64,000 nt of DNA from Eledone cirrhosa (taxonomy: Eukaryota), in assembly GCA_964016885.1 (NCBI GenBank), contig OZ024742.1:311240001-311304000 (forward strand), read 5' to 3'. The notes below the pieces were generated by a model that saw only the letters and a program-made list of their open reading frames with translations, made no database searches and was not told where the DNA came from. The translations under genes were made by a program, and so were the position numbers. Below are positions 26,356 to 39,435 of the stretch, piece after piece (position 1 is the stretch's first letter; each line of letters opens with the position of its first letter).

Positions 26356-27975
26356 GTATGCATATATGTGCACACACAGTCAGAGGAGAGGGTTGAAAAA
26401 TGTTTTATGTAAGTTTATCGTAAAAAGTAAGCAATTGTATATAATGTACACCGTGTGTTGCTGTTTATGACAGTGAAATTAGTTACTGAAGAATGTCTGG
26501 ATCATACTATTCTATCCGCCCTCTTCACATTTCATTATTTGTTCTATTTCAAAAAAGACACAACGTATTTCCATTGGTTTGTGTCATTTACAGAACCAAA
26601 CAGTTGTTATCATTGCCATTGTTTGTTTAAAAAAAAAAATTAAACCAGCCTTTTATTTAAAGAATTATTTAAACCATTCCGTTTTTTCGTTTCTATTTTA
26701 CAGTTGTCTTTTTGTTAAATGCATATTCCTTTTCAAGGCACTATTTATCTCTTTATGTGTATTATTTACTTTAGTAAGAATACAATAGCAGTCTAATTGT
26801 TGTATTACGGCGAAATAACAAAATGTATTTTTTTGTAATTTCAAAACAAGCCTTTGACCCCCGACTTACACTGCTTTCGATTTAATGTGGTCCCCGTGTC
26901 TATAATTATACACTCCACTACTTTGGGGAATGAAGTATATAACCCTTAACATCCTGTACCGTGTGTGACCACATTAGCAAGACATTCTTGAAAAGTACAA
27001 AACAGCACTATAAATGCAATTTTTTTTACAACGTTAATGAAAGCATTTATAAACACATCAGTTTTTTTTTACATTTTCTGCTAAATAATTACAAGATAGT
27101 AAGGATTAAATTAGGTTTTTTTCTTCTTCAAAGATCAAAGATATATTTTGTTAGTGGAGATGTTATTAAAAATACACTATAAAACACTGTATTAAAGTAA
27201 TTACATACAAAAACATAGTATGTTCCTTGTGGTGGTGGTGATGGATTTGACAAAGTGACTAGTGTCATATTAGAGAGAGGGCCACAGCTTGTAATGGTTG
27301 GATACACTGAATAAATGAGGATTGCTTGTGTGTATGTGTGTTTACCCAGTACACATACATGGGATTGTGTGTACTAATATTTGACACGTGTCTAAGTTAG
27401 TTGGATTATTAGAAAGATTTTGCGGGGCAAGGATTTTCGTTCCCTACACGATTTTCTCACTTTCTCGCATGCTCAGTACCGACTTCATCACACGATGTTA
27501 TGTATGTATGGACCCGTAATTCCTGATGGAGGCGTAGGGGCGCCATAGTTACATACGGTTTGTCTTGGGTATATTAAACTTGGCGAAGTCCATCCCTCTC
27601 GAGCTTTGAACAAGCTGATCTCTGTTAGAGAAGGAGAGGAAAGACTTTATAAAGTATGAGAAAAATTCAAAAGTATTAAAACTTGCTTGAACATAGATGT
27701 GTCTGTAACAAAACATGTCTAAAAGGCTGTTCACCATATGTATATACACAAACACCCACCTAGTTAGTTGGTGAGCAATAATTGTTTCTACTTTTTGTCA
27801 CAAGGCCAGCAATTACCCAGTGCATTATATCACGATAAGAGGCGCTTATTTGAGCACTGTGCTTTTAAGTGAATTGAATATTGTGATAAAAGTGTGTATT
27901 AACACTGACATGTTATTGGCGTAATATGTAGAATGAGAGATCGAAGTTTCAGTTTAATATATTTAATTTGTAATC

Positions 27976-28069
27976 ACGCATAACATGTGTTTCGCAAAAC
28001 GACCAACCCGGAGCCTTAATCGATTCGAATCGGCTTCGATTCTGGATTAATTCGCTCATCAGACGCCGT
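27976..28069 (-). ncRNA. Candidate hammerhead ribozyme with enlarged stem II (family D)
   Basis: Minus strand reads acggcgt-CTGATGA-gcgaa...(about 50 nt)...tttgc-GAAA-cacatg-TT-atgcgt. It lies next to a (TA)n tract at about 28100-28132. Confidence 0.55.
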
Positions 28070-28096
28070 AGAGATCAAATTTGGAATACATTCATC

Positions 28097-28137
<41 letters not shown>

Positions 28138-29153
28138 GGATAACAACTTGTTTTATCAACAAAGAAAATATCATGCATTGATGTTCGAAATACTTCACCT
28201 TTTGTTGGAGATATCTGACACAACAATAAACTAGGTGGTGAAGCTGGTGTATTATTGATGTTGCTGCTGTTGTTACAAGCATCCCTTTATTTTTTCCTTA
28301 ATCTTAACGTCCTGTATCGCATGAAACTGCATTGGTTAGACATTCTTGATAAGTACCAAACGCTACTGACTACTCAATGATTTGTCAACAAATTTATTTT
28401 TAAATATTTTCAGCTAAATAATTACAGTATGTTAATTAAACCACAATAATAATTGTTGACTAAATTGAATTAATTCAGGTAAAAGGGCATGGTATCGACC
28501 CATTACTCCTGGGAGTCGTAGGAGTGCCATATTGACATGGCATTTCTAGAGCATTTTAAAATCTGGCGGAGCCCATCTCCCCTCCAGGCCTGAATACAGC
28601 AGATTTCTTCCAAAGAAGGATAGAGAGTGAGTGAGAAAGAGATATAGAGGAAGAATCGACCCCAGTACTTGACTGGTACTTTTTTTTGTTTTTATCAACC
28701 ATGAATGGATGAAAGACAAAGTTGACCATGGCGGGATTTGAACTCAGAGAGCAAAGAGCTGAAATGAATGCTACAAAGCATCCACCCAACGTTCTGACTC
28801 TGTAAATTCGCCACCTATAAGGGTATGGTATAATGAAAGATAGTATCAACTTCAGCAGTATATAAAATATTTAGTTGATGATGACAGCAGCATGGTTAGT
28901 TAGCTTCATAACATGACAATTGGCTTATTAACTCATGCAAGCATGGAAAATAGGTTAAATAGTGATAATGATAATTGATGACAGCAGCTTATGAGATATA
29001 TTTATGTAGTTGGTGATGAATCCAATCACAGCTAGCAAGATAGGTTATTGTGTTTAATGTCCAACCTAGCCAGGTATCACCTGACATCCAACATAAGCAG
29101 GTATAACATCTGTTTAATGTTTGTAATTAGAAATATCCCATGAATTCTAGGTG

Positions 29154-29348
29154 TTAACCCTTTAGCATTTACATTACTGTATACATACTATTATATTTTC
29201 ACATAATATAGAATCTGAGATTTTGATATTTTTTATTTTGAGAACAATACCTTACATCAGTATGAGCAGTCGGCTACAGCTGGTTTGAACAGAAAAAAGG
29301 TGACAGAATTCTAACCAGATATGACCGGTTTAAAAGCTAAAGGGTTAA
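29154..29348. mobile_element. piggyBac-type MITE (TTAA target, CCCTTTAGC termini)
   Basis: ttaa-ccctttagc...gctaaaggg-ttaa. Further copies at 1710-1883, 35234-35457, about 38390-38573, 42741-42933, 48005-48203, about 49050-49239, about 50540-50720 and 62106-62362. Confidence 0.88.
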
Positions 29349-30579
29349 GCATATGAGAGAAATATTTCTTTGCGAATTTGATGCCAGTCCACCATAGGTA
29401 GCACTCCCTGAGCTTTTGATACCTATTCCTGATAGCTTGATGGACTGAGGTAAATTACTGTGTTGCCCCTCTGTCAGTTCCAACAAAGAATGTTCTAGTT
29501 TGATTAATGGAGTAGCCTGCTTGTGAAATTGTGCAAATGGTAATTCTCAAAGATATTCAACATGACACGGTGTGTAACAAGGGTAGCCCTTTGTATCACA
29601 GGTACAACTGGCCAGCTGAGTGAACTGGAGCAATATGAAATAAAGTGTCTTGCTCAAGTACACAACAAGCTGCCAGGAATTGAACTCATGAACTTTCAAT
29701 CATGAACTGAACCCTTAACCACTAAGGAAAACAAATACCTTCATACATTTTGCTGTGTATTACTCTAATACTCAGTCCCCATCGAGCACACTTATGATTA
29801 ACTCTTTAATCTTCTGGAGGCTCCAGGTGTTATAAGTCACCAATAGAGTAATCTCCCCTTAATACACAATGCAGTGTCAAGGGAAGCAATTCATAAAACT
29901 TTCTAGAAGGCTGTAATGATTCAGTGGAAACTATCGAAATACATGTTTACCCCAAAGTCTCCGTCTTTTTGTAAGACAGATGGTGTAAGTTGAGGGATAT
30001 TTTGCACAAGACAGAGAATATAATTACTTAAATCATGAGATAGATTGGCATAATCATTAGTGTTGGACAAAAAGCCTTGCAGTATTTAGTTAGAGCTAGT
30101 TATGTTCAGAGTTCAAATCCCACTAAAGTCAACTTTGCTATCCATCCTTCTGGGGTTGATAAAATAAAGTACCAGTCAAGTACTATGTTCGATTTAATTG
30201 ATTTATCCCTTCCCTACGAATTTAGACACCTGTGATGAATTGGCAAAGTCATTAGAACATCAAATAGACTACTTTGCGATATTCATTCTGGCTGACTGCA
30301 CTCTGAGTTCAAATTCTGTCAAGGTCAACTTTGCCTTTCATCCTTTTTTCTTCTCTGGAAGAAATCAGCTGTATTCAAACGTGAAGAGAAATGGTCTCTA
30401 CCAGGTTTGAAATGTCATTATGGCACCCCTATGACATACCTATGTTAGAAAATATTATATAACTTAATAATTTTAATGACACTGCAAGGTGTGAAAGGAA
30501 AGGTTACTGTTGGGATTTGAAACTAAGAATTCAAAGAAACAAACTAAATTAGATAGGTTTGTAGATATCCAACTAAATA

Positions 30580-31310
30580 ATCAGCTGTTCTTGACCTATC
30601 CTTGGCACTGTGTGTGTCTTTGATCAGCTGTTCTTGACCTGTCCTTAGCATGGTGTGTCAGTGATCAGCTATTCTTGACTTCTTGACACTGTGTGTCAGT
30701 GATCAGCTGTTCTTGACCTGTCCTTAGCATGGTGTGTCAGTGATCAGCTATTCTTGACTTCTTCTTGGTACTGTGTGTCAGTGATCAGCTATTCTTGACT
30801 TCTCCTTGGTACTGTGTGTCAGTGATCAGCTATTCTTGACCTGTCCTTGGTACTGTGTGTCAGTGATCAGCTGTTCTTGACCTGTCCTTAGCATGGTGTG
30901 TCAGTGATCAGCTATTCTTGACTTCTCCTTGACACTGTGTGTCAGTGATCAGCTGTTCTTGACCTGTCCTTAGCATGGTGTGTCAGTGATCAGCTAGCTA
31001 TTCTTGACCTGTCCTTGCTACTGTGTGTCTGATCAGCTGTTCTTGACCTGTCCTTAGCATGGTGTGTCAGTGATCAGCTATTCTTGACTTCTTGGTACTG
31101 TGTCAGTGATCAGCTATTCTTGAATTCTCCTTGGTACTGTGTGTCAGTGATCAGCTGTCCTTGACCTGTCCTTAGCATGGTGTGTCAGTGATCAGCTATT
31201 CTTGACTTCTCCTTGACACTGTGTCAGTGATGAGTGGTTCTTGGCACTGTGTCAGTTATCAGCTGTTCTTGACCTGCCCTTGATCAGCTGATTTTGACTT
31301 GTCCTTAGCA
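30580..31310. repeat. Minisatellite, about 40 bp unit gtgatcagctRttcttgac...gtgtgtca
   Basis: About 18 tandem copies in two main variants. Confidence 0.95.
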
Positions 31311-32919
31311 TTCAGATTTTGTTAGTGATCAAGACATTTAGCAATGCAATGATAACAGCAAAACACTTATTTGATGAATGATTTGTTAGGTTGCATTGTT
31401 TTTTTTTTAACTTTTCCCATACCAGCTTGCCCTGCTCTGGCTCTATAAAACAAAACTATCCATTTTAAAGGTTTCCTATTTAAATTGTAACCTTCCAGCA
31501 TAATTTGATGTAAGTGCTTTTTGATAAGGTTATTTTACAAATACTATCTTGATACTGAAATAAAAAATTTCATTAGATATATGGTAACAAAATGGTTAAA
31601 ACTATTTAGTCAGTGGGGGAAGGACAGTGCATACAACTCTTTTCAGGGCTTCCAAAGGTGAGGAAGCCCTGAAAAGAGTGGATTTCACTAAAGGCAACCA
31701 AGACAGCAGGTCACCTTGGTTCGACAATATTAAGCTGTTTATATTTATGTTATTGAGAGATCACAGCTCCAATACTATGGACATGTGGTTAGAATGTCTC
31801 GGGAAAGAATTGTTGGACAAATTTTATGGGTAAATGCAATCAGCGGATACCCAGGGATAGACCCTGAACAAGCTGGTTGGATAACATCCATGAGATCATC
31901 TGGTCTTGCTTGGGGCTGCAGCCGGATCAACTGGAGACAGTTGCTTCTGTCAAGAGCCACTGAAAAGTGTGCTGAGGATTCTGCTCCCAAGAATAAGTAG
32001 GCGAAGATGATGATGTACTTCAAACAAGCTTGATAATGAGAAAATTTGTTATATTACTAAATTCTCCATTATTTGCAAAATTATTCAAAAGTCATAAACT
32101 GTTTTTCATTAGAATATTGTAATGAAAGGATTAAATCTACCATACAAGTAGGCCGCAACTAGATTTGGACTTGAAATGTAAAGAGTAGGAACAAATACCA
32201 TAGGACATCTCGTCCAATGCTCTAACAATTCTGGTAATCTGCTGCCTTAGACTGCTACTTATTTTATCAACTCTGAAAGGATGAAGGTAATAATCAACCT
32301 CGGTGAGATTTGAACTCAAGCATATAGAGTGCTGTAACAAATACTGCAAGTCATTTTGACCTTTACTAAACAGCATCATAAATAATGTTAACTATGAAAC
32401 CAAACCACACAGTTTAAAGGGTTCTTATTGAAATTAAAATCTTCCAATATGATTTTATATAAGAACCATATGTTATGTTACTATATTAGTAATGAAATAA
32501 TTAATAGTTTTAGTAAATCCCTCAAAATTCTTCTCATCTTCGTCCATGTATTCCTAGGAGGGTCATAGGGGCAGAGTTTCAAACATGCCTTCAGCAGTTC
32601 CTGTCAGGAGCAACCATCTCCAGTTGATCTGGCTGGATTTCCAAGTGAGACCAGTCGAGCTTGTGAAGACTTATTCAACCCTTGCTAGCAGGGAATATGA
32701 ATGTTAAATGATGATTGATCAGTTTTAGGAGACAATGTTTCTTTCATCTGTTTGTTCTTTCATTTATTCTTACTCATTCATTTGCCATTCTTATGTGCAT
32801 TTTTTCTTTTTTCATTCGGCCTCTTTCCTTCAGGCTTCTATTTTTTTCCATAAATTCTTTAATTATTAATTCATTCATTCAGTATTTTATCCAACTACTC
32901 TTATATTCATTTACTTTCA

Positions 32920-33230
32920 CCTCTCTCTGTCTTTCATTCATCTACTCCCACATCTCTCTCTCTCATTCATCTACTCCCACATCTCTCTCTCTCATTCATC
33001 TACTCCCACCTCTCGCTCTTTCATTCATCTACTCCCACCTCTCGCTCTTTCATTCATCTACTCCCACCTCTCGCTCTTTCATTCATCTACTCCCACCTCT
33101 CGCTCTCATTCATCTACTCCCACCTCTCGCTCTCATTCATCTACTACCTTTATCTTTCATTACTCTACTCTCACCTCTTGCTCTCATTCATCTACTTTCA
33201 CCTACTGCCACCTCTCTCTTTCATTTACTG
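32920..33230. repeat. Minisatellite, about 25-29 bp unit tcattcatctactcccacctctcgct
   Basis: About 10 tandem copies. This explains the spurious 202-aa ORF at 32715. Confidence 0.95.
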
Positions 33231-34200
33231 TCTCCTCTCATTCTTTCATTCCCTCTCATTCTTTCATTCCCTCTCTTTCTACTTTTTTTCTTCTGTTTTT
33301 CCATGTGCTATCAACTAATCTGACCTCGAAGATGTTCACTATTGACTTTTCTCAGGAAACTATCTAAAAATAAGTTTGTTAATTCAAATGTTTATAGTAC
33401 TTTTGCTATCAGAGGTATTATTATGAAAATTTTACAGTAAACTTAAGTAAAGACTAATTTTTCATGTTATGTAATATGTGCTGTTTTGTGGTTTTCAATA
33501 ATGTTTTGTTAATGTGATTTCATGTGGTACAGGACATTAAGATATAGGAGCTACTGATCAATGGAGTGGCAACAATAAATAAATGACTGGACTGTTTTGT
33601 TCTATTTAGTTATCTCCCTTTAAATTGTGAATCCAGAATCTGCTAGGGGCAGATTTTTATCTTTCATCCTTCTGAGGAAGCTTCTAGATCAGGGATGGTG
33701 TACTTTTTTTGTCTGCCTTGTCAATTTCCTAATTTCTTTAACAATCCTATTTAAGTATCACTTAATGTATACATGTTTAGGTGTATGCTGCATGTGTGAG
33801 AAGTGCCATGATTAACCTTGCAATGGGCTGGCACTATGTCCAGAAGGGACTCTGATACTCCCAGTTGCTTAATGCCAATGAAGCTGGGATAAGCTATAGT
33901 TTGATGAGATTCTGGGTTTTGAACAGACTTTAACATACTGTGATATTGTCTGTAAGCTTTATCTCTGGTTATCATTTACCAACAGATACAAGTTTCACTT
34001 AACCTTCTAATAGCTACGTATTTTATCATATATTTTTCATTGTTTTTTTACATGGTTTCTATAGCTGGATGCCCTTCTTAATACCAACCACATTACATTT
34101 ACTGAGGAAAATGTTATTCCCAGTACATCAGATTAAGTGCTTTGTGCTATCAGTTATGGTTCTCAGCATTCTGAGTTCACATCTCCCCAAGGTTAACTTT

Positions 34201-34453
34201 GTGAAGGCGCATGGCTTAGTGGTTAGAGCATTGGGCTTGCAATCGAAAGGTTGTGAGTTCACTTCTCGGACCGGGTGATGTGTTGTTTCCTTGAGTAAGA
34301 CACTTTATTTCACGTTGCTCCAGTTTATTCAGCTGTAGAAATGAGATGATAGGACTGGGGTCCCTATCATTAAACTACCCAAGGCACCTCCAACAAGATA
34401 TACCTTGGAGGAGGCCAGCTAAATCTGCATAGGTGTGAGTTGTCACACACACA
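34201..34453 (+). mobile_element. tRNA-derived CORE-type SINE inserted into a Meta-type SINE
   Basis: tggcttagtgg A-box, ccttgagtaagacacttta..cagctgtagaaatg core, (CA)n tail, 13-bp duplication caaggttaacttt. Related copies at about 26008-26160 and 29600-29725(-). Confidence 0.85.
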
Positions 34454-34961
34454 CAAGGTTAACTTTATCTTTCATCTTCTTGGGGGCAGGGGTTGATAAA
34501 TATAGTATCAGAGCAGTGGATCACCAGAGGTTATATATAGTTGGATGGGATACCTTGTAATATCTGTTCTGGCTTTGAATGTTCGAAGTTCAAATCCTGA
34601 CCTGGGTGACAAATAGGACTGGGACCACCTAAGAAAAACCTAAGAAACCTTCTATATGAAATAAAACTTCTTCCAGAGTTAGCTAAAACTGCACAGATAT
34701 GATCCTTAAAAAACTACAATTAATATATACCAGTAATAGGTTACAGAGATTTCACTAAGCCTCTCAAAAATCTTGATTATATTGAAAAGTAATTAATCAG
34801 ATCAAAAATCTATTTATTAAGAATATAGTCATGAAACGGTTAAGTTATTAATGGTTTTGGGAAAGACATGAATTTCATAAATTCTTTCATATATTTCTCA
34901 TATGAATCTAATTTCCCATTATATATTTATTTATTCTCTTTCTTCCATTTTAGTGGTCAAA

Positions 34962-35141
34962 ATGAATAGTTCTGTGAATGGCTTCAGCACGGAGGATGAC
35001 AGCCGGAGCGGGCATGATCAGATCTGCAGCCTTATAGATGATGGTGAGCGCTGCAGACGTCCAGCAGGAAATGCAAGTTATAGCAAGCGAATACAGAAGA
35101 CAGTGCAACAGAAGAAACTAAAGCTAACGAGGGATGATTGT
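34962..35141 (+). CDS. SAP30L: SAP30L-like coding exon 1 (N-terminal zinc finger)
   Basis: Acceptor ttttag ends 34953, ATG at 34962, donor GTAAGT at 35142. Translates [60 protein letters not shown], matching the SAP30/SAP30L N-terminus. An upstream non-coding exon is implied but not located. Confidence 0.95.
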
Positions 35142-38100
35142 GTAAGTTGTTACATTTCTACTAGCTGTGGCTTAGAGCAGTGATGTTCTATGGTTGACAA
35201 AGATTAATTAAACAGCCTGCATTCTAGAAGACTTTAACCCTTTAGCATTCTTATTACTCTGTTTACTATTGTATTTTGATAGAAAAGGTTTTACCTCGCA
35301 TAGTTATCTCACATAATATCGAATCTATGAGATTTTGATATTTATTTTGAGAACAATACAGTAATATTAGTATGAGGGGCTGGTTACAGCTGGTTTGAAC
35401 AGAAAGAGGGGAAAGAATTCTGGCCAGATACAGCCGGTTTAAATGCTAATGGATTAAGTCCCTGGCCTGGCATGGTTACCGAAATGAAGTTTGAGATAAA
35501 CTCTACAGGTATGGTAGAGCTCGCTGTCAAGCTTGTTTGAGATGCAAACATAGTGATGAAACCATCTTGCATGCATTAGTCCAGTGTCCGAGCATTGCTG
35601 ACTTATGGAATTATATCGAACATCTGTTGTTACTTGTAGGATAGATTTAGCTATCAGCTGAATCTATCGAGAAACACACTGCCACCTTACTTTGGCTTGG
35701 AAAGGCAGGTAGTTTTCTTTGTATGGTGGATACATCAGTTCTGTATGAGCAAGACATGGTCACCTGACCTAGAATTGCCCACAACAGGACAACTCTTCTA
35801 ACCCATGCTAGCGTGGAAAAATGGACGTAAAACAATGATGATGATTATTAGATTGAAAGGACTGAGGACAGTTTTATTTTTGGCCAAACCCTCTTCAATT
35901 TCTTTATGGTGAGGGCGGAGTGGAGAAATGTTTTCTAGCAAATTCGCTTGAAAGGTGAGTATGGTGGTTGACAATGACCTGGTTAAACGAGACCACTCTT
36001 GATGGACCATCATCAGTTTCTATGATGAGTGTTCTTGTAGTTTGATCAGCAGAATAACCTGCTCATGAAATTAATGCATAGATGGCTGAGCACCCCACAG
36101 ACATGTGTACCCTTAATGTAACTCTCAGGGAGATTCTGTGTGACATGGTTGGCCCTTTAAATTATAGATACTGAGGGGCTTCCTAATAGTTACCATCTAT
36201 CCAATTTTACTCACAAATCATGGGTTGACCCAAAGTTAAGGTAAATGAGCTTTGCTCAAGATATCACATTGTGGGATTGAACTTGGGATCTAATGAATGG
36301 GAAGTGATCCTCTTAAACATTTGGTCATGCTGCATCCTTGAGGTGGGCCAATCGGGTTTCTTCGTTGACCCTATGTGAGTGTCTCCCCATTAGGTTATCT
36401 TATTTCATGCCATTTTTATACAGTTTTCCATGGGTTCTTTCACAATCAATTCTGTATAAACTGCCTACCCTTTTTGTAATATCCCCTTATCTGTTGCCCT
36501 TGTGGCAGATAAAAGAAATCAAGTATCAGACAAAATGCCCCAAAGTATTTGTTCCAGGTCTTTAAGTTCAAATCCAGCCAAGGTCAACTTGCCTTTCATT
36601 CTTTTAGGGTTGATAAAAGGATTTACTTCAATAACCTGTTCCAAATTTTTGGCTTTGTTCCTCTATTATTAACAATTATTGTCAATATCGTCATTATCTA
36701 AGGTCTGGAGCTTATTAATATAATGGCAACTTAACTTTGACACCCCTCCTCAAAATGTATAGTCTTGTGCCAAAGTAGGAAAATTGTGTATATATAATTA
36801 TCAGAATTATTAATTTAATCAACTACCCCCCCCCCCCCTCCCCTCTCTCCATTCATAAATTTGTAGCCTTGGGTAAAAAATGATTAAAACTATTATATAG
36901 TGAGATCTTCATTATGATGCAATACTTTAAACTGTTAATGTAATAATAATAGTGTTTGATGATAAATCTCTGTTCAGTTGCTAAGGGTGATATCTGTAGT
37001 TGAGCTAACTTGTCTAACCTTTGTTAACATACATTTGTCTGACATATCTTTGTTGCTAGGAGTGACAGCTGCAGTTGAACTAACCCCTGGAGTGTGGGTG
37101 GCTCTTGTAAGCTCTCTCAAGATTTGGTTATGTCAATAAGGTCTCCTATCCTTTCTAACCTCACACTGAGTAGTTATAGTCTCACATGACCCATTCACAG
37201 CACAGCATAAGCCACTCCTGAGAGAAATGCAGAGAAGAAAGAAGAATTGACTCCAGTACTTGACTTGTACTAATTGACACTTAATTATGACACTTAAAGT
37301 TAACCTTAATTAGATTTGAATCTAGAACACAGCTAGAAAGAAAATAAAAGGAACACAAAATGTTCTATCTGATGCTCTAATGATTCTGCCAGTTTACTAT
37401 CTTATTATTATGGTAATACACACTTAATTAATAATAACATTCAAAACAGTAATACTAATATCAAAATTCATTAAAATTAAAAACAAACCAATCCAGAGGC
37501 TAAATAGACATGAGACCAGATATGTCACATTTTATATTCTGATACTTTGAAATGTCACCAATTTTTTAGATCTACTGAAGAATTTCAGTCCAAGCCTATA
37601 GATTGCAAAACAATGGAATTAGGGCCAGTATGGTAGATAAGGTTTTTCCCCCTTCTCAAAATAGGTATTGTATCATCATACTCGTCATCCCCCTCCTTTT
37701 TACCTTGTAGTTATGTCACTGTCTCTACGGAATATTACCCTCCAGTTTGGAATCACTGTAGTTGACGTTAAATATGGTGTCTCATTTTTGAAAACAGGTT
37801 GGCCTGAAATAACATCTGGCGGCTGAATTTAAAACTAGCATGAATATCAATAGTCTTTATTGTTTCTTTTAGGAGTTGAGTCAAAGAAAAAGGTGCAATA
37901 CAGATGACCTTTGCACGATGTTGGACACTCGTTTTGGGAAAGTCAGGCGAAGAACCACAACTCTTGGATTGCTGCTAGCCACCACTCCGCTCCCTTTAAA
38001 AAACCCAGCTGGAAAACAATAGCTGCAGCTTGACTCTGTTGGCTTTGATCCCTGAGTGTCTTTAGTGAAGTTAGATGAGGCCTCCAGTTAGTGAATAACT

Positions 38101-38835
38101 TTTTCCTCTCTCCGCACCAGTCTTGGAGGTCCTAGAAAATAGAGGGTCATGAGTGATGTTTTTCTCTCTTTGATTAAACATTATGAAAATATATAAATAG
38201 AGCAGTGGAGTGGAGTTCTATCACATCTAGCAACAGACTTCTCTGCTGGAGAACCTCTAACTTTATACTTGTATATTTATACCTTCACACATATACTCTC
38301 TAACAAACAAGGGTACCACACAAGGCAGTATGGTTGCAGCACATCAAGTTATTGAGTTATCAGACTAGAGATGTGGTCTGATTATATTTACTATTGTATT
38401 TTCGCAGTAAAGGATTTAGCTCTCATAATTATCTCACATAATATCGAATCTGAGATTTTGATATGATTTATTTTAGAGAACAATACTTTAACATCATATG
38501 AGCGGCCGGTTATGGCCTGTTTGAACAGAAAAGAGTGAGAGAATTATGGCCGGTTTAAATGCTAAAGGGCTAAGGTGTGGTCTGACTACAACAGTGGACT
38601 CTTAAGGTATAGTCTATCTGATTAAAATGGAGTGGAGTCTGCTAAGATGTGGTTGACTGATGGCAACAGAATTGACACAGCTAAAGGCCTCTAAGAATCA
38701 GTTAGTGTATTAAAAGCCAGCAATGGAGTAAGCCTACCAATACTAATTAACTACTTTTTTTCTTTTATTGCTGTTAATCTGAAAATAAAACTGAATGTTT
38801 GTTTCAAGAAATTCATTATTTGTTCTGCATTACAG

Positions 38836-38958
38836 GTTTCTCATATCTACATTTGCGACTATCATAAAAATGTCATTCATAATGTACGCTCAAAGCGGAA
38901 GAGGAAGGATAGTGAAGATGACCGTGGGTCACTAGAGGGTGATGAAGAAATACCAGAG
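38836..38958 (+). CDS. SAP30L: SAP30L-like coding exon 2 (zinc finger end, basic NLS, acidic stretch)
   Basis: tacag|GTT...GAG|gtaaat, phase 0, 123 nt: VSHIYICDYHKNVIHNVRSKRKRKDSEDDRGSLEGDEEIPE. Confidence 0.95.
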
Positions 38959-39250
38959 GTAAATTTATTACTTAACTGATCTCATTAAAAAACTTTTTCT
39001 TCAAAAATATAATTCTTTTAACCATATCAAGTAAACACCCCCCAACGGATTTTACATCCTTTAATATTCTGAAATTTTAAATCATTTTTATCTCCATTTT
39101 TCCCTGCTTGCATGGGTTAGATGTATAACATCTCTCCACTTGTTTTTTTTTTCTTTTGTGATGTTCAGCATTGTGAGATCAGCTTTCACCACTCCTGCCC
39201 ACTTCTTCACCTAATGATCATCATCTCTACACATTATGTGTCTGTACCAG

Positions 39251-39435
39251 GGCGGTGGATTGGCAGTATTGGTAGAGGGTTGGACGCCATGCTTTGACTA
39301 TAGAGTTACGGCCCTTGCCATTCTGAGTTCAAATCCCGCTGAGGTTAACTTTGCCTTTCATCCTTACAGGGTCGATAAGATAAAATACCAGTAATGCACT
39401 GGGTAATTGCTGGCCTTGTGCCAAAAGTAGAAACA
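39251..39435 (+). mobile_element. Meta-type SINE, full-length, in SAP30L intron 2
   Basis: Same family, flanked by the 18-bp target duplication attatgtgtctgtaccag. Confidence 0.9.

Noticed and set aside
32715-33323. 202-aa hydrophobic ORF
   Set aside because: Produced by a pyrimidine-rich minisatellite.
37873-38100. Possible extra SAP30L exon after a strong acceptor (tttcttttag)
   Set aside because: No convincing donor and no homology. Exons 1 and 2 already join into the conserved protein.
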